Positions 1-10,549 of a stretch of DNA of 64,000 nucleotides are shown here, piece after piece. Below the pieces are notes generated by a model that worked only from the letters and a program-made list of their open reading frames with translations, had not been told where the DNA came from and did no database searches. The translations under genes were made by a program, and so were the position numbers. Where the stretch lies: the NCBI GenBank assembly GCA_037924335.1, contig JAXSMZ010000001.1, positions 1-64,000 of the forward strand, read 5' to 3'. Origin of the DNA: Aquificaceae bacterium. Lineage in GTDB: Bacteria > Aquificota > Aquificia > Aquificales > Aquificaceae. How positions within the stretch are numbered: the stretch's first letter is position 1; every line of letters begins with the position of its first letter.

Positions 1-183
1 ACAACTGAGAGGCAAAGGGTGATCTTAACGAGCCTTTACGAGCTTTCCACAGACCCTCCAAAGGTGAACCCTCCAGCCGTTATGGTTGTAGGGAGTGTGG
101 TAAGGCTAAGGGAAAAGCTTGTCTCATTAAATAAATTAGACAAAAAAATTTTATATAAGCTATGCGAGAAATTAAGAGTTTAG
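1..183 (+). CDS. cobA: 3' end of uroporphyrinogen-III C-methyltransferase (partial)
   Basis: Frame 1 reads TTERQRVILTSLYEL...PPAVMVVGSVVRLREKL..., matching the SUMT C-terminus; TAG at 181-183. Confidence 0.75.
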   Translation, partial: TTERQRVILTSLYELSTDPPKVNPPAVMVVGSVVRLREKLVSLNKLDKKILYKLCEKLRV

Positions 184-236
184 GCTTCCAGACCGTTGAT
201 TAATCATTTATAAAAAGGGCATTATCGGACTATTAT

Positions 237-259
237 GACACCCGCAAGGGGACACCTAC
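237..259 (-). repeat. Degenerate GTAG-type REP-like palindrome
   Basis: Minus strand GTAGGTGTCCCCTTGCGGGTGTC between convergent genes. Confidence 0.4.
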
Positions 260-294
260 TTGTTTCAAATATTTTGAAAAAAAGGATTAACCTT

Positions 295-1052
295 TCATCC
301 AGCATTTAATAAAAATCTTGGCAGTTGGGCTACGCTCTCTAAAATTGCAAAGGGTTCTATACCCTTGTTTAAGTCCTCTGGTCTAAACTTACCAGTCTTT
401 ACAAGCACGCCCATTATACCGGCGTCCTGCGCACCTTTTACATCAAACTCTATATCATCGCCAACCATCAAGGCCTCACGAGGCTCAACATCCAAAGCTT
501 TTAGCACTAAGTTGAAAAAGTCCTTTGAGGGCTTTCCTATAATCTTGGCAGATGTTCCAGAGGCATATTCCAAAGCCTTAACAAAGGGACCCGCATCCAA
601 AGAGAGCTTTCCATCCTTATCCATAAAGTACCTGTTGGGAGCTACCGCAAGTAGTTCCGCACCCTCCAAAAGGTATCTAAAGGCTGTGTTAAGGTTCTCA
701 TAGGTAAAGTTCTTATAAGCATCCGCCACTACAACGTATTTTACAGGTTTTTTGGCACATCAAACTCCTCATAAACCTCATTTGTTGATATGATGTAGGC
801 TCCGCCACCGCGGGAAATCACAAACTCTTTTGCCACCCTAAGGGCTGTAAAAAGTTCCTTTTCTTTCAGCTTAAAGCCGCAGTTTATCAAGCTTTGAAAG
901 ATTTTCCTTGTAGGCGTGCGTGTTGTATTGGTTACAAAGGCAAGTTTGTAGTGTTTTCGTAGCTCACTAATGACCTTTATACTACCCTCAATAACACTAT
1001 CCCTTATACATAATACACCGTCAATATCAAATAGTATAGCTTTTATACCCAT
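295..1052 (-). pseudogene. HAD-superfamily IIA hydrolase (LHPP/HDHD2-like), split by a -1 frameshift at 747-753
   Basis: N-half has FDIDGVL and TNTT; C-half has GKPS and GDDIEFD; one extra A in the A6 run joins them as ...VPKKPVKYVVVADAY... Confidence 0.8.
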
Positions 1053-1086
1053 AATCCTTTAATATATAACCTCCTATGCACTATAA

Positions 1087-1334
1087 GACCATCCATGGTC
1101 CAAGCAGTATGTTGGTAACAGTCTTAATTGCACTTCCTGTCATTTAGATGGTGGCACCAATCCTAAATGACCAAATGCTACGAAGCCTTTACAGGTGGAC
1201 TGGGATAAGGCAGATGTTAAGGAATGCAGATTGCTCCACCAGTCTGGAGTCCCAAATCCTACAATACAGGAGTATGGCTTGCTAATTGGAAAAGACTTGC
1301 CACGTTCATATACTACACCATTTTGATGAGGTAA
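1087..1334 (+). pseudogene. Relic of TsdA-like c-type cytochrome
   Basis: DHPWSKQYVGNSLNCTSCHLDGGT (CxxCH at 1129-1143), stop at 1168-1170; another frame gives PPVWSPKSYNTGVWLANWKRLATFIYYT. Confidence 0.75.
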
Positions 1335-1348
1335 TTTCTTACCCTATT

Positions 1349-2002
1349 TTAATATTTTTTAAAACTTATCTGTGGCTTATCTATGGTTCCATATATGACC
1401 ATGCTCATCCCTCCACCCACTGCAGTACCATTTATAGAAGATTTCAGCATGTCTTTTCTGTTTAAGACTATTATCCCTCCACCCAAAAGCTTAAAGCCTG
1501 AGACAGAAGCCACCGCATCAAAAGTTCTTCCTTTGAAGTTTATGCTGAGTTGGTTTACCCTAAAGCCTTCAACCAGTAAATTATCGAATTCAACGATTCC
1601 TTCTATCCCTTTACGTACCCTTATATTTGCCCTTTTTATCTGCAAATCCCTTAAGCACCTAAAGTTGCTCGCCTTTATATCCATACCGCCAAAGGCATGA
1701 AGTGTCATATATAAATTTCCATCACTGCATAAGCCACTTATAAAAAGCTTAAAAAAACCCAAGGTCAGATCAAGCTCATCAAAACGGGCTATGCTTGATG
1801 AGGGGCCGTATAGGCTCACGTCCTTGAGCTTTACATAAGTAAGTCCTTCTTCAACGCTCCTTGCAGTCATGTACACCTTCCTTGACATAAGGAGTCTGTC
1901 AAAGGTCAAAAACTTGGGAAAGGTCAGAATAAAAAGAACAAGTAAGATAAAAGTAAAGCTAAGTAGGATAAAGAGCGGGAACTTAAGGTTCCTTTCTGTC
2001 AT
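1349..2002 (-). CDS. Membrane-anchored beta-rich protein, possibly T2SS GspN-like
   Basis: N-terminal TM followed by TFP motif and ending GTIDKP; overlaps end of gspD. Confidence 0.55.
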   Translation of the reverse strand: MTERNLKFPLFILLSFTFILLVLFILTFPKFLTFDRLLMSRKVYMTARSVEEGLTYVKLKDVSLYGPSSSIARFDELDLTLGFFKLFISGLCSDGNLYMTLHAFGGMDIKASNFRCLRDLQIKRANIRVRKGIEGIVEFDNLLVEGFRVNQLSINFKGRTFDAVASVSGFKLLGGGIIVLNRKDMLKSSINGTAVGGGMSMVIYGTIDKPQISFKKY

Positions 2003-3977
2003 CCTTTTTGCTCTTTCCTTCCATGAGTTTTTTAAGCTCTTCTGCCAGCTTCTGATGTTCCTGTGTTATCTTTGAAAGCTCTTCTGGTTTTTCTATCACG
2101 TAAGGCGTCAAGAATATAAAAAGAGATACCTTATCCTCCGTCTTTGTGTCCCTCCTGAAGAGCCTGCCCAAAGCTGGAATATCCTTTAATCCAGGCACTC
2201 CTTCTACGCTTGTCAACGTTCGTGTGCTTACAAGCCCACCTATGATAATGGCCTGTCCATTTTCGACCACAACGTCAGAGTTTACCTGTCTGTTGGAAGT
2301 TACTGGGATTGCATAGCTGAGCGTTCCTATCTGTGGTCTTATGTAATCTATTATCTCCTGAAGTTTAAGGTTTATGGAGAGTCTCAGGTCTTTACCAGAT
2401 ATGGTAGGTGTAACGCCCAAGTTTAGCCCTACCTCTTTGTAGTCATAAGTTATAACTGGCATGCCATTTATATCAAACTTCACACCGGAAGCGTAAGGTA
2501 CTACTTGACCGACTTTTATCACAGCCTCTTGATTGTCCAAAGTCAGCACCTTTGGGTTTGATACTATGTTAAAGCCACTTCCTTTTTCAAGCAAGGAAAA
2601 CAAAAGTACAAGGTCCGGGAAGAAAAGCTGTGTACCCCCTATGGTAATAGTTCTGCCTGAAGAGCTAAGTGCCCCTATTATAAAATTACCCGAAAGTAGA
2701 GCGTTGTAAATATCTTGAAGGCTACCACCACCAAAGGCTCCTCCCCCATGAGTTCCCAGTATCTGCCATCTGACCCCTAAGTCCAAAGCCTTGCTTGTGC
2801 TCATCTCCACAACGGATGCGGCTATAAGCACTTGCTTTCTTTTCACATCCATCTTCTCTATGAGAGACTTTATGCCTTCATACTCTTGCGGGGTTGCATA
2901 GATTATGACAGAATTAGTTCCCCTATCAAAACCTATCTTCATACCTTCCGGCGTGCTTATGGATGTGATGGTAAGAGAAGGTTGCCTTTGTACCTCTTCC
3001 TTTTTGAGGGGTGTTTCTAGCCCTCTAATCTCAGGCTGGTAAGGTGTTTGCTCCTTTCTCTCTTGCGATTGAGAAGCTAAAGAAGGTCCCACACTTTTGA
3101 AAAGACTCTGAAGGCTTTTGTATATCTCCTCAGCAGATATAAACCTTAAGGGTATTATGTAAAAGCCCCTTTCTAGAGCTCCGATGCTTTCCTCATCAAG
3201 CGTTTTTATAACTTTCTCCAATACATTCTGTACATTCTCATTTGCAGCCACTATTATAGAATTGCTATCTTTGTTGAAGGTTATGAAGGCTTGGCTTCCC
3301 AGCTGTTGCATAAAGGCGACAGAAAGTGGCTGTAAGCTCTGAAAAACATTCTCGGCCTTTGCTCTTTCTAGCCTGTAGACCTTTACCCTAAGGGACATCT
3401 CCGTTGAGTCTAGCTCTTTAAGTATCTTTTTTAACTTCTCCACGTTTTTAGCCACATCTGCCACAAGAAGGGTATTGGACTGCGGATGAGTAGCCACCTT
3501 TGCAAAGGGAGAAAGAAAAGGACCAATAGCCTGTTGAAGTTGCAATGCCTGTGTGTTTTCTGCCTTGTACAAGTAAACGACGACCTCACCAGAGTAAGAT
3601 GGCTTTTTTATGTCGGCAAAGCTTGTGGCTTGCTGTAATGGCATTACCTTCACAAAGTTTTTCTCCTCTACAACCCCATAGCTCTGAAGGGAGAGGGAAA
3701 GCACAAAGAGATCCCAAGCTTCTCTAACGCTCACTGGTTTTGCAGAGCTTATGTTGAGTGTTCCTTTTACGTTAGGGTCAAGGATTATGTTCTTCCCAGT
3801 TAGCTCTGACATGAATTTGACCACGAGGGATATGTCAGCGTTTTGGAAGTTGAGGTAAACCTTGCCTGTTCTTCTCTGCTCTTGGGCTTGCTTTTGAACC
3901 TCTTCAGCCGTTTGGGCATAGGACATCTGGACAAAAAGAAGCATCAAGCAAAAAAAGACCAGAAGAGACCTTTTCAT
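1983..3977 (-). CDS. gspD: Type II secretion secretin GspD
   Basis: Signal peptide, LNFQNADI N0 domain, NolW repeats, secretin motifs SNPKVLTLDNQEA and GVPGLKDIPALGRLF. Confidence 0.93.
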   Translation of the reverse strand: MKRSLLVFFCLMLLFVQMSYAQTAEEVQKQAQEQRRTGKVYLNFQNADISLVVKFMSELTGKNIILDPNVKGTLNISSAKPVSVREAWDLFVLSLSLQSYGVVEEKNFVKVMPLQQATSFADIKKPSYSGEVVVYLYKAENTQALQLQQAIGPFLSPFAKVATHPQSNTLLVADVAKNVEKLKKILKELDSTEMSLRVKVYRLERAKAENVFQSLQPLSVAFMQQLGSQAFITFNKDSNSIIVAANENVQNVLEKVIKTLDEESIGALERGFYIIPLRFISAEEIYKSLQSLFKSVGPSLASQSQERKEQTPYQPEIRGLETPLKKEEVQRQPSLTITSISTPEGMKIGFDRGTNSVIIYATPQEYEGIKSLIEKMDVKRKQVLIAASVVEMSTSKALDLGVRWQILGTHGGGAFGGGSLQDIYNALLSGNFIIGALSSSGRTITIGGTQLFFPDLVLLFSLLEKGSGFNIVSNPKVLTLDNQEAVIKVGQVVPYASGVKFDINGMPVITYDYKEVGLNLGVTPTISGKDLRLSINLKLQEIIDYIRPQIGTLSYAIPVTSNRQVNSDVVVENGQAIIIGGLVSTRTLTSVEGVPGLKDIPALGRLFRRDTKTEDKVSLFIFLTPYVIEKPEELSKITQEHQKLAEELKKLMEGKSKKDDRKEP

Positions 3978-4709
3978 CTATTCCACCCTTAAGTTTATTT
4001 CTACAGGTTTACCTTCCCTTAGAAAGTTTACCTTCAAACTCGTTTCGTTCCTTAGCGCTTGGAGTATTCTAAAGGCATCCTCTCCACTCTTAATATCTTG
4101 ATTGTTTATGGAAACCAGTACATCTCCAGCTCTTATACCGGCTTTTGCAAAAAGGCTTTGAGGGTCTATCCACTCAAACATAAATCCTGTCGTCCTGCCC
4201 CCTTGTACGTAAGGAACTAACCTTATCTGTCTAAACATTATACCAGGATCGGCCGTTACTTTCTCTAGTTCTTTCTTTTGAAGGATAGCTTGTAGACTTT
4301 CAGAGGGCTTTGTCTGTGTAGGAACAGCAGAAGCCGCTGGCAGACTGAACCTAAAACCAACAGCTTTTCTTTCCTCTCCTCTTGATAAAACTATATAGTT
4401 TCTCTCTATCTGGATAACTCTGTAATTGCCAACAGTAGAACCCACTTTAACTACATGAGCCTTTCCATCTACATCTAAAAGGGCCATCTTTAAACCACCG
4501 CTCGCCGTAGCCATAAGTTCTATCTTGGAAATGGCTTTTTTCTCTTCCATCTGTGCTCTTTTAAACACAGCTGTGAGGTTTGGAATGGGAGGCTTTGATT
4601 CTACTATGCGTGGCAAAAAAATGGATTTAAAGGTAAATGTGTGAGTGTAAATGAAGAGCAATAGTCCAAAGGCAAGGTTCAAAATTATCACAAAGCTTAA
4701 GCTACGCAT
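3978..4709 (-). CDS. gspC: T2SS GspC-like protein with PDZ domain
   Basis: N-terminal TM, HR domain, PDZ (AGIRAGDVLVSINN); directly upstream of gspD. Confidence 0.8.
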   Translation of the reverse strand: MRSLSFVIILNLAFGLLLFIYTHTFTFKSIFLPRIVESKPPIPNLTAVFKRAQMEEKKAISKIELMATASGGLKMALLDVDGKAHVVKVGSTVGNYRVIQIERNYIVLSRGEERKAVGFRFSLPAASAVPTQTKPSESLQAILQKKELEKVTADPGIMFRQIRLVPYVQGGRTTGFMFEWIDPQSLFAKAGIRAGDVLVSINNQDIKSGEDAFRILQALRNETSLKVNFLREGKPVEINLRVE

Positions 4710-4753
4710 GTTTTAATATCATAAAGCAAAGCTTGAGTTAAAATAAACTTTCT

Positions 4754-6409
4754 ATGAAGGAAGTCCTTGAGACAACCATAAAAGAATGTATAAGAAGAGT
4801 TTATGGTTTGGATGTTAATGGGTTTGTAATTGATAAACCAAGGGAGGAAGAGCTTGGAGACCTTTCTACTAACGTAGCCTTTCTGTTATCGAAGGAGTTA
4901 AAGAAGAGTCCTCAGGAGGTTGCAAGGGAGCTTGCAAGCGCTTTAACCGGGGAAAAGTTTAAAGCGAACGCAGTCAGAGGTTTCATAAACTTTGTCTTTT
5001 CTAATGAATACATAAAAGATGAGTTTAAAAAGCTTCTCAGGAGTGGAGAGGATTACTTTGTAGAGGACCTGGGGAAGGGTAAAAGGATTCAAGTTGAGTT
5101 TGTAAGCGCCAATCCTACGGGACCCTTGCATCTGGGGCATGGGAGAGGGGCTGTTATAGGAGATGTCTTGGCCAACCTTTTAAAAAGGTACGGTTTTGAC
5201 GTAGTGAGGGAGTATTATATAAACGATGCTGGATATCAGGTTTACTTACTTGGCCTTTCCATACTCTATAGATACGAGGGGCTTTTTGGCAAGAAGGATG
5301 AAAAGCTAAGGGAGACCTTTGAAAGGGAAGGGTACAAAGGAAGCTACGTTGCAGAGCTCGCAAAGGATGCAAAAACCTTTTATGGGGATAGTCTTCTTGA
5401 TGCTCCTCAGGAGAAAGCTATAAAGCTTCTCAGCGACTACGGTATGAAAAGGCTTCTTGAAGATATAAAGGACACCCTTGAGCTTATAGGTGTGAAGTTT
5501 GATGTATGGTACAGCGAAAAGTCTCTCTACGAGAAAGGGCTTGTGGATGAAGTTATAAGAATGCTCCAAGAGAAGGGATACATATATGAAAAAGATGGAG
5601 CTCTTTGGTTCATTTCCACTCTCTTTGGTGATGATAAGGACAGGGTACTAAGAAGGTCGGATGGTACTTACACTTACTTTGCCGATGACATAGCTTACCA
5701 CTGGGATAAATACAAAAGAGGTTTTTTGAAGGTGCTTAACATCTGGGGGGCAGACCATCACGGTTATCTCCCAAGGCTTAGGGGAGCACTCCAAGCCCTT
5801 GGCATTCCAAAAGATTGGCTCCATGTTGAGTTTGTCCAGATGGTGAGGCTCTTCAGCGGTGGTCAGGAGATAAGGATGTCCAAAAGAACCGGAGAGTTCG
5901 TAACCTTCAGAGAACTCATAGAGGATGTGGGGCCGGATGCTGTCAGGTTTATCTTTCTAACCAAAAGGAGCGATACCCCTTTGGACTTTAACTTAGATAT
6001 GCTCAAGGAAAAAAGCTCAGAGAATCCAGTATTTTACGTTCAGTATGCTTATGCAAGAGTCAGAGGGGTCTTTAGGGAAGTTCTTTCACGCTACGGTGTA
6101 GATGCAGACAGGGAAGCCTTGGAAGACTATGTTGACCATTCAAAGGAAACGCAAGAGCTTAAGCTGATGAAAAAAGTGGTCTTTTTTAAGGACGTTTTAA
6201 AAGATGTCACCTTAAGATTTTCTCCTCACGTTATAATTTACGAGCTTATAGACCTTGTCAAGGACTTTCATAACTATTACAACCACTACAGAGTTATGGT
6301 TGAAGAAAGAAATCTAATGCTCTCCAGACTTAGCCTTCTAAAAGGTATTGAAACAACTCTAAAGTTTATATTAAAATTAGTTGGCGTTTCTACACCAGAG
6401 AGGATGTAA
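4754..6409 (+). CDS. argS: Arginyl-tRNA synthetase
   Basis: EFVSANPTGPLHLGHGRG, WGADHHGY, MSKR motifs. Confidence 0.98.
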   Translation: MKEVLETTIKECIRRVYGLDVNGFVIDKPREEELGDLSTNVAFLLSKELKKSPQEVARELASALTGEKFKANAVRGFINFVFSNEYIKDEFKKLLRSGEDYFVEDLGKGKRIQVEFVSANPTGPLHLGHGRGAVIGDVLANLLKRYGFDVVREYYINDAGYQVYLLGLSILYRYEGLFGKKDEKLRETFEREGYKGSYVAELAKDAKTFYGDSLLDAPQEKAIKLLSDYGMKRLLEDIKDTLELIGVKFDVWYSEKSLYEKGLVDEVIRMLQEKGYIYEKDGALWFISTLFGDDKDRVLRRSDGTYTYFADDIAYHWDKYKRGFLKVLNIWGADHHGYLPRLRGALQALGIPKDWLHVEFVQMVRLFSGGQEIRMSKRTGEFVTFRELIEDVGPDAVRFIFLTKRSDTPLDFNLDMLKEKSSENPVFYVQYAYARVRGVFREVLSRYGVDADREALEDYVDHSKETQELKLMKKVVFFKDVLKDVTLRFSPHVIIYELIDLVKDFHNYYNHYRVMVEERNLMLSRLSLLKGIETTLKFILKLVGVSTPERM

Positions 6410-6420
6410 AGGAGGGAAAC

Positions 6421-6948
6421 ATGAAAAGAGAGAGGCTTGTCATACTACTCGGAGCTTTAGTAGCTCTTGTTTTCTTCTATCTTGGACTGAACACATGGCT
6501 AAAAAGTAAAGAAGAGAAGGTGATTCCACTCCCCGTAGTTATAAAGCCTCAACCCAAAGAGGAAAAAGCGCAAGAGCAGCAAGTACAGCAAGAAAAACCA
6601 TTGGAGGAGGAGAAAAAAGATAAGATAGCGCAGAAGATAGAAAAGGAAAAGAGGGTTGCACAACTTCCTGAAAAAACAAAGAAGGAAACAACTGAATCTA
6701 AGCCAAAGAGTGAGAAAAAAGCAGTAAAAGAGAAGGGAAAAAAGGCTTACATAATCCAAATTGGTGCCTTTTCAAAGGAAGAAAACGCCAAAAAAGCTTT
6801 GAAGAAGGCTAAAGATATGGGATATAAAGGAAAAATAGACAAAGAGGGAGAACTTTACAAGGTAAGGATAAAGGTGGTAACTGCTAGTATAGAAAAGGAT
6901 ATGTCTAAGCTAAAGAGTGCTTTCGGGGGTGCAGTTTTAAAGCGATGA
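6421..6948 (+). CDS. SPOR-domain membrane protein (FtsN/DedD-like)
   Basis: TM, charged linker, IQIGAFSKEENA SPOR motif. Confidence 0.85.
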   Translation: MKRERLVILLGALVALVFFYLGLNTWLKSKEEKVIPLPVVIKPQPKEEKAQEQQVQQEKPLEEEKKDKIAQKIEKEKRVAQLPEKTKKETTESKPKSEKKAVKEKGKKAYIIQIGAFSKEENAKKALKKAKDMGYKGKIDKEGELYKVRIKVVTASIEKDMSKLKSAFGGAVLKR

Positions 6949-8021
6949 AGAAGTTTCTCACTCTATTCTTGCTATTCCTATTTTCTTGTTCGGTTCAGGA
7001 AAAGGGAGAGATAAAAGGATGGCAGTTTTACTATGACCTTGGAATGTCTTCTTACATAGCAAAGAATTATTCTGATGCCATAGCTAACTTTTATAAAGCA
7101 GTTTCCATAGCTCCCAAAGAACCAAAAGTATGGAATGCGTTAGGTCTCGCTTATATGGCGGCGAGGGAGTACGTGAAGTCAGAAGATGCTTTCAACAAAG
7201 CTCTCCAAGCGGATACCGCCTTTACGGAAGCGAAGATGAACCTTGGAATACTTTACTATGTTTCTGATAACTACGATAAAGCAAAGCAAACCCTTGAAGA
7301 AACCCTCAAGGATGAAGCCTTCCCTCAAAAACATATGGTTTATTACTATCTCGCCAAAGTATACAAAGCTATGGGGGATGAGGAAGGCTACATAAGGTAT
7401 CTGGAGAGGTCTACAGCTTACTATCCTCTTTTCTTTGACGCTCAATGGGAGCTTGCAAAAGAGTACGAAAGAAAGGAAGATTACACGAAGGCAAAGGACG
7501 TTTATACATTTCTTTTGGACAACGATACAAATAAACCAGCAGCTCTGTTGAACTTAGCCAGAGTCAATTTTGAGCTTGGAGATTACAAGCTATCGAAAGA
7601 TTATATAAAGCAACTTCTGGATATGAAGGAGGTGGATAGTCTCATAAGAACACAAGCTTACGAGCTTCTCAACAAGGTTCTTGTGAAAGAGCAGAGTCAA
7701 TACATAGCTAAGCAGCAATTGGAAACTGCAGAAGAGACTGAAAAAAAACAGGCTAAGCCTACTGAAAAAGGACAAGAAGATAAAAAAGAGTCCTTTTATT
7801 CCATACAGATCGGAGCCTTCTCTTCTTACGAAGGGGCTGACAGCTTTAAAAGAGCTGTGGGAAAGAAGCTCTCTTTGAAAGACATAACTGTGGTTGAAAA
7901 GGCTGGCGTTTACAGAGTTGTGTACGGAAAGTTCAAAACCAGGGAAGAGGCTAAGGAAGAATTAGAAAGGCTCATAAAACATAAATTATCCGGTTTTGTA
8001 ACGCAGGAGTTTAGTCCTTAA
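6945..8021 (+). CDS. TPR + SPOR lipoprotein (PilF/PilW-like)
   Basis: Lipobox LFSC, TPR repeats, C-terminal IQIGAFSS SPOR. Confidence 0.8.
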   Translation: MKKFLTLFLLFLFSCSVQEKGEIKGWQFYYDLGMSSYIAKNYSDAIANFYKAVSIAPKEPKVWNALGLAYMAAREYVKSEDAFNKALQADTAFTEAKMNLGILYYVSDNYDKAKQTLEETLKDEAFPQKHMVYYYLAKVYKAMGDEEGYIRYLERSTAYYPLFFDAQWELAKEYERKEDYTKAKDVYTFLLDNDTNKPAALLNLARVNFELGDYKLSKDYIKQLLDMKEVDSLIRTQAYELLNKVLVKEQSQYIAKQQLETAEETEKKQAKPTEKGQEDKKESFYSIQIGAFSSYEGADSFKRAVGKKLSLKDITVVEKAGVYRVVYGKFKTREEAKEELERLIKHKLSGFVTQEFSP

Positions 8022-8092
8022 ACATTGATCAACGATCATATTGCAAAAGCATAGTTTTCATATATCTTTATTAAATAGAGAGGTGTAAAGAG

Positions 8093-10537
8093 ATGTTTGA
8101 AAAGTTCACAGAAAAAGCAAGGCAGGTTATTTTGCAAGCAAGGGAAGAAGCTCTTGAGCTTGGACATACTTACCTTGGCAGTGAGCATATACTGCTTGCA
8201 CTTATAAAGGATGAAGACCTTCCCTCTATAATACTCTCTAAGTTTGGTCTAACTACCGATAAAATAAAGAAGGCTATAATTGGTCAGATAACTAGAGGCA
8301 GTCATTCTGGAGAGATTCTTTTTGCCCCAGATGCTAAAAGGGTTCTTGAGTTTGCAGTGGAAGAGGCTCGTATACTCCATCATCAGTTCGTAGGTCCAGA
8401 GCATCTCCTCATAGGTGTTGTGAGAGAAAAGACAGGTCTTGGTGGGAGGATACTAAGGGGTTTTGGTCTCGATGAGTACTCTGTAAGGAGAGAGGTATTG
8501 CAGATATTGGGAGAGCTTCCCCCACAGGAGAGTGTAAAGTACGCACCCACACCAAACCTCGACAGGTTCTCAAGGGACCTCACACAGATGGCAAGAGAGG
8601 GCAAACTTGACCCTGTAGTGGGAAGAGAAAAGGAGATAGAGAGGGTTATACAGATACTCGTAAGAAGAAGGAAAAACAACCCAGTACTCCTTGGAGACCC
8701 AGGTGTTGGGAAAACGGCTATAGTAGAAGGCTTAGCTCAAAAGATATCAAACAGAGAAGTTCCAGAACCTCTCCAGAACAAGAGGGTTGTGGCACTTGAC
8801 CTTGCTGCACTTGTAGCTGGTACCAAGTACAGAGGGCAGTTTGAGGAAAGGCTCAAAAACATACTAAAAGAGCTTGAAAAGGCTCCAAACGTTATTCTCT
8901 TCATTGACGAGATACACACTCTTGTAGGTGCAGGCTCAGCAGAGGGTTCCATAGATGCATCCAATATGCTAAAACCAGCTTTGGCTAGGGGTGAGATACA
9001 GGTTATAGGTGCAACAACGTTGGACGAGTATAGAAAGTACATAGAAAAGGATGGAGCTTTAGAAAGAAGGTTCCAGCCCATCATAGTTGACCAACCTACA
9101 GAGGAAGATGCAGTGCGCATACTCTACGGGCTTAAGCAGAAGTTTGAAGAGTTTCACAACGTGGAATATGAAAGGAATGCTATAGAAAAGGCGGTTGAGC
9201 TTTCCATCAAATACATAACGGAGAGAAACCTACCAGACAAAGCTATAGATGTCATAGACGAGGCTGGTTCTTTGGTAAAGCTCAAAGCTATGAACCTACC
9301 TCCAGACCTTAAAACTCTTGAAGAAAGGATAAAGGAAATAGAGGTAGAGAAGGAGAACTCAGCAAACGAACAAGATTACGAGAAGGCAGCAAGATTAAGG
9401 GACGAAGAGTTAAGACTCAGAGCAAAGCTGGAAAATCTCAAAGCAAAGTGGAAACAGGACATATCAAAGAATAGACCTAAGGTCACAGAAGAGGACGTGG
9501 CAGAGGTTGTTTCAAGGTGGACAGGTATTCCAGTAAAACGTGTTCATGAAAGTGATATGGAAAAACTACTTCATATAGAGGAAGAGCTCAAAAAGAGAGT
9601 TGTTGGTCAGGACCAAGCCATAAAGTCCATTGCAAGAGCTATAAGAAGGTCAAGGGTAGGTTTAAAGGGAAGACACAGGCCTATAGGAGTTTTTCTCTTC
9701 CTAGGACCTACGGGTGTTGGTAAAACAGAAACAGCAAAGGCTTTAGCTGAGTACCTTTTTGGTACAGAGGAAGCGCTTGTCAGGTTTGATATGTCTGAAT
9801 ACATGGAAAAGCATACTGTATCAAGGCTAATAGGTGCACCTCCTGGTTATGTGGGATACGAAGAGGGTGGACAGCTAACGGAAAAGGTAAGAAGAAGACC
9901 ATACACTGTTTTACTTTTTGATGAGATCGAGAAGGCACATCATGACGTATTTAACATATTCCTGCAGATATTTGACGATGGAAGACTAACCGATGCAATG
10001 GGAAGAACAGTAGACTTCTCCAATACCATAATCATAATGACATCTAACCTTGGAGCAAGGGTCATAACACAGGGTGGAAAGATGGGTTTTGAGCAAAGGT
10101 TTGGTATGATAGAGTTTGACCAGATGAAGAAAAACGTTATGGAACAAGTCAAAAAGACCTTTAATCCAGAGTTTCTAAACAGGTTGGATGAGACCATCGT
10201 ATTTAGACCTTTAGAGAGGGAAGATGTGGTGAAGATCTTAGAGTTACAACTCAAAGAGGTTAACAGAAACTTACAGGATTGGGGTATAAGTGTCAAGCTT
10301 CATAAGAGCTTTGTGGACTGGATCATCAACAGAGAGTATAAACCCGAGTATGGTGCAAGGAGTTTAAAGCGTGCCTTACAGCATCACGTTGAGGATGCAT
10401 TGGCGGAAGAACTTTTAAAGGGAAGCCTAAAGGATGTGGAAAGCATAGAGATAAAAGTGAAGGATGATAAACCTTACATAAGGCCCATAAAGAAGAAGGA
10501 AAAACTTGAAGCAGTGTTTAGCGATAAGGTAGAGTAA
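8093..10537 (+). CDS. clpC: ATP-dependent Clp protease ATPase ClpC
   Basis: [11 protein letters not shown]-domain, Walker A GDPGVGKT and [11 protein letters not shown] middle domain, MGF ClpP-binding loop. Confidence 0.95.
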   Translation: MFEKFTEKARQVILQAREEALELGHTYLGSEHILLALIKDEDLPSIILSKFGLTTDKIKKAIIGQITRGSHSGEILFAPDAKRVLEFAVEEARILHHQFVGPEHLLIGVVREKTGLGGRILRGFGLDEYSVRREVLQILGELPPQESVKYAPTPNLDRFSRDLTQMAREGKLDPVVGREKEIERVIQILVRRRKNNPVLLGDPGVGKTAIVEGLAQKISNREVPEPLQNKRVVALDLAALVAGTKYRGQFEERLKNILKELEKAPNVILFIDEIHTLVGAGSAEGSIDASNMLKPALARGEIQVIGATTLDEYRKYIEKDGALERRFQPIIVDQPTEEDAVRILYGLKQKFEEFHNVEYERNAIEKAVELSIKYITERNLPDKAIDVIDEAGSLVKLKAMNLPPDLKTLEERIKEIEVEKENSANEQDYEKAARLRDEELRLRAKLENLKAKWKQDISKNRPKVTEEDVAEVVSRWTGIPVKRVHESDMEKLLHIEEELKKRVVGQDQAIKSIARAIRRSRVGLKGRHRPIGVFLFLGPTGVGKTETAKALAEYLFGTEEALVRFDMSEYMEKHTVSRLIGAPPGYVGYEEGGQLTEKVRRRPYTVLLFDEIEKAHHDVFNIFLQIFDDGRLTDAMGRTVDFSNTIIIMTSNLGARVITQGGKMGFEQRFGMIEFDQMKKNVMEQVKKTFNPEFLNRLDETIVFRPLEREDVVKILELQLKEVNRNLQDWGISVKLHKSFVDWIINREYKPEYGARSLKRALQHHVEDALAEELLKGSLKDVESIEIKVKDDKPYIRPIKKKEKLEAVFSDKVE

Positions 10538-10549
10538 CCTTTCCAAAGG

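Noticed and set aside
184..294. Possible CRISPR repeat remnant (CCCGCAAGGGGA)
   Set aside because: No second repeat at spacer distance; fits a REP-like relic better.
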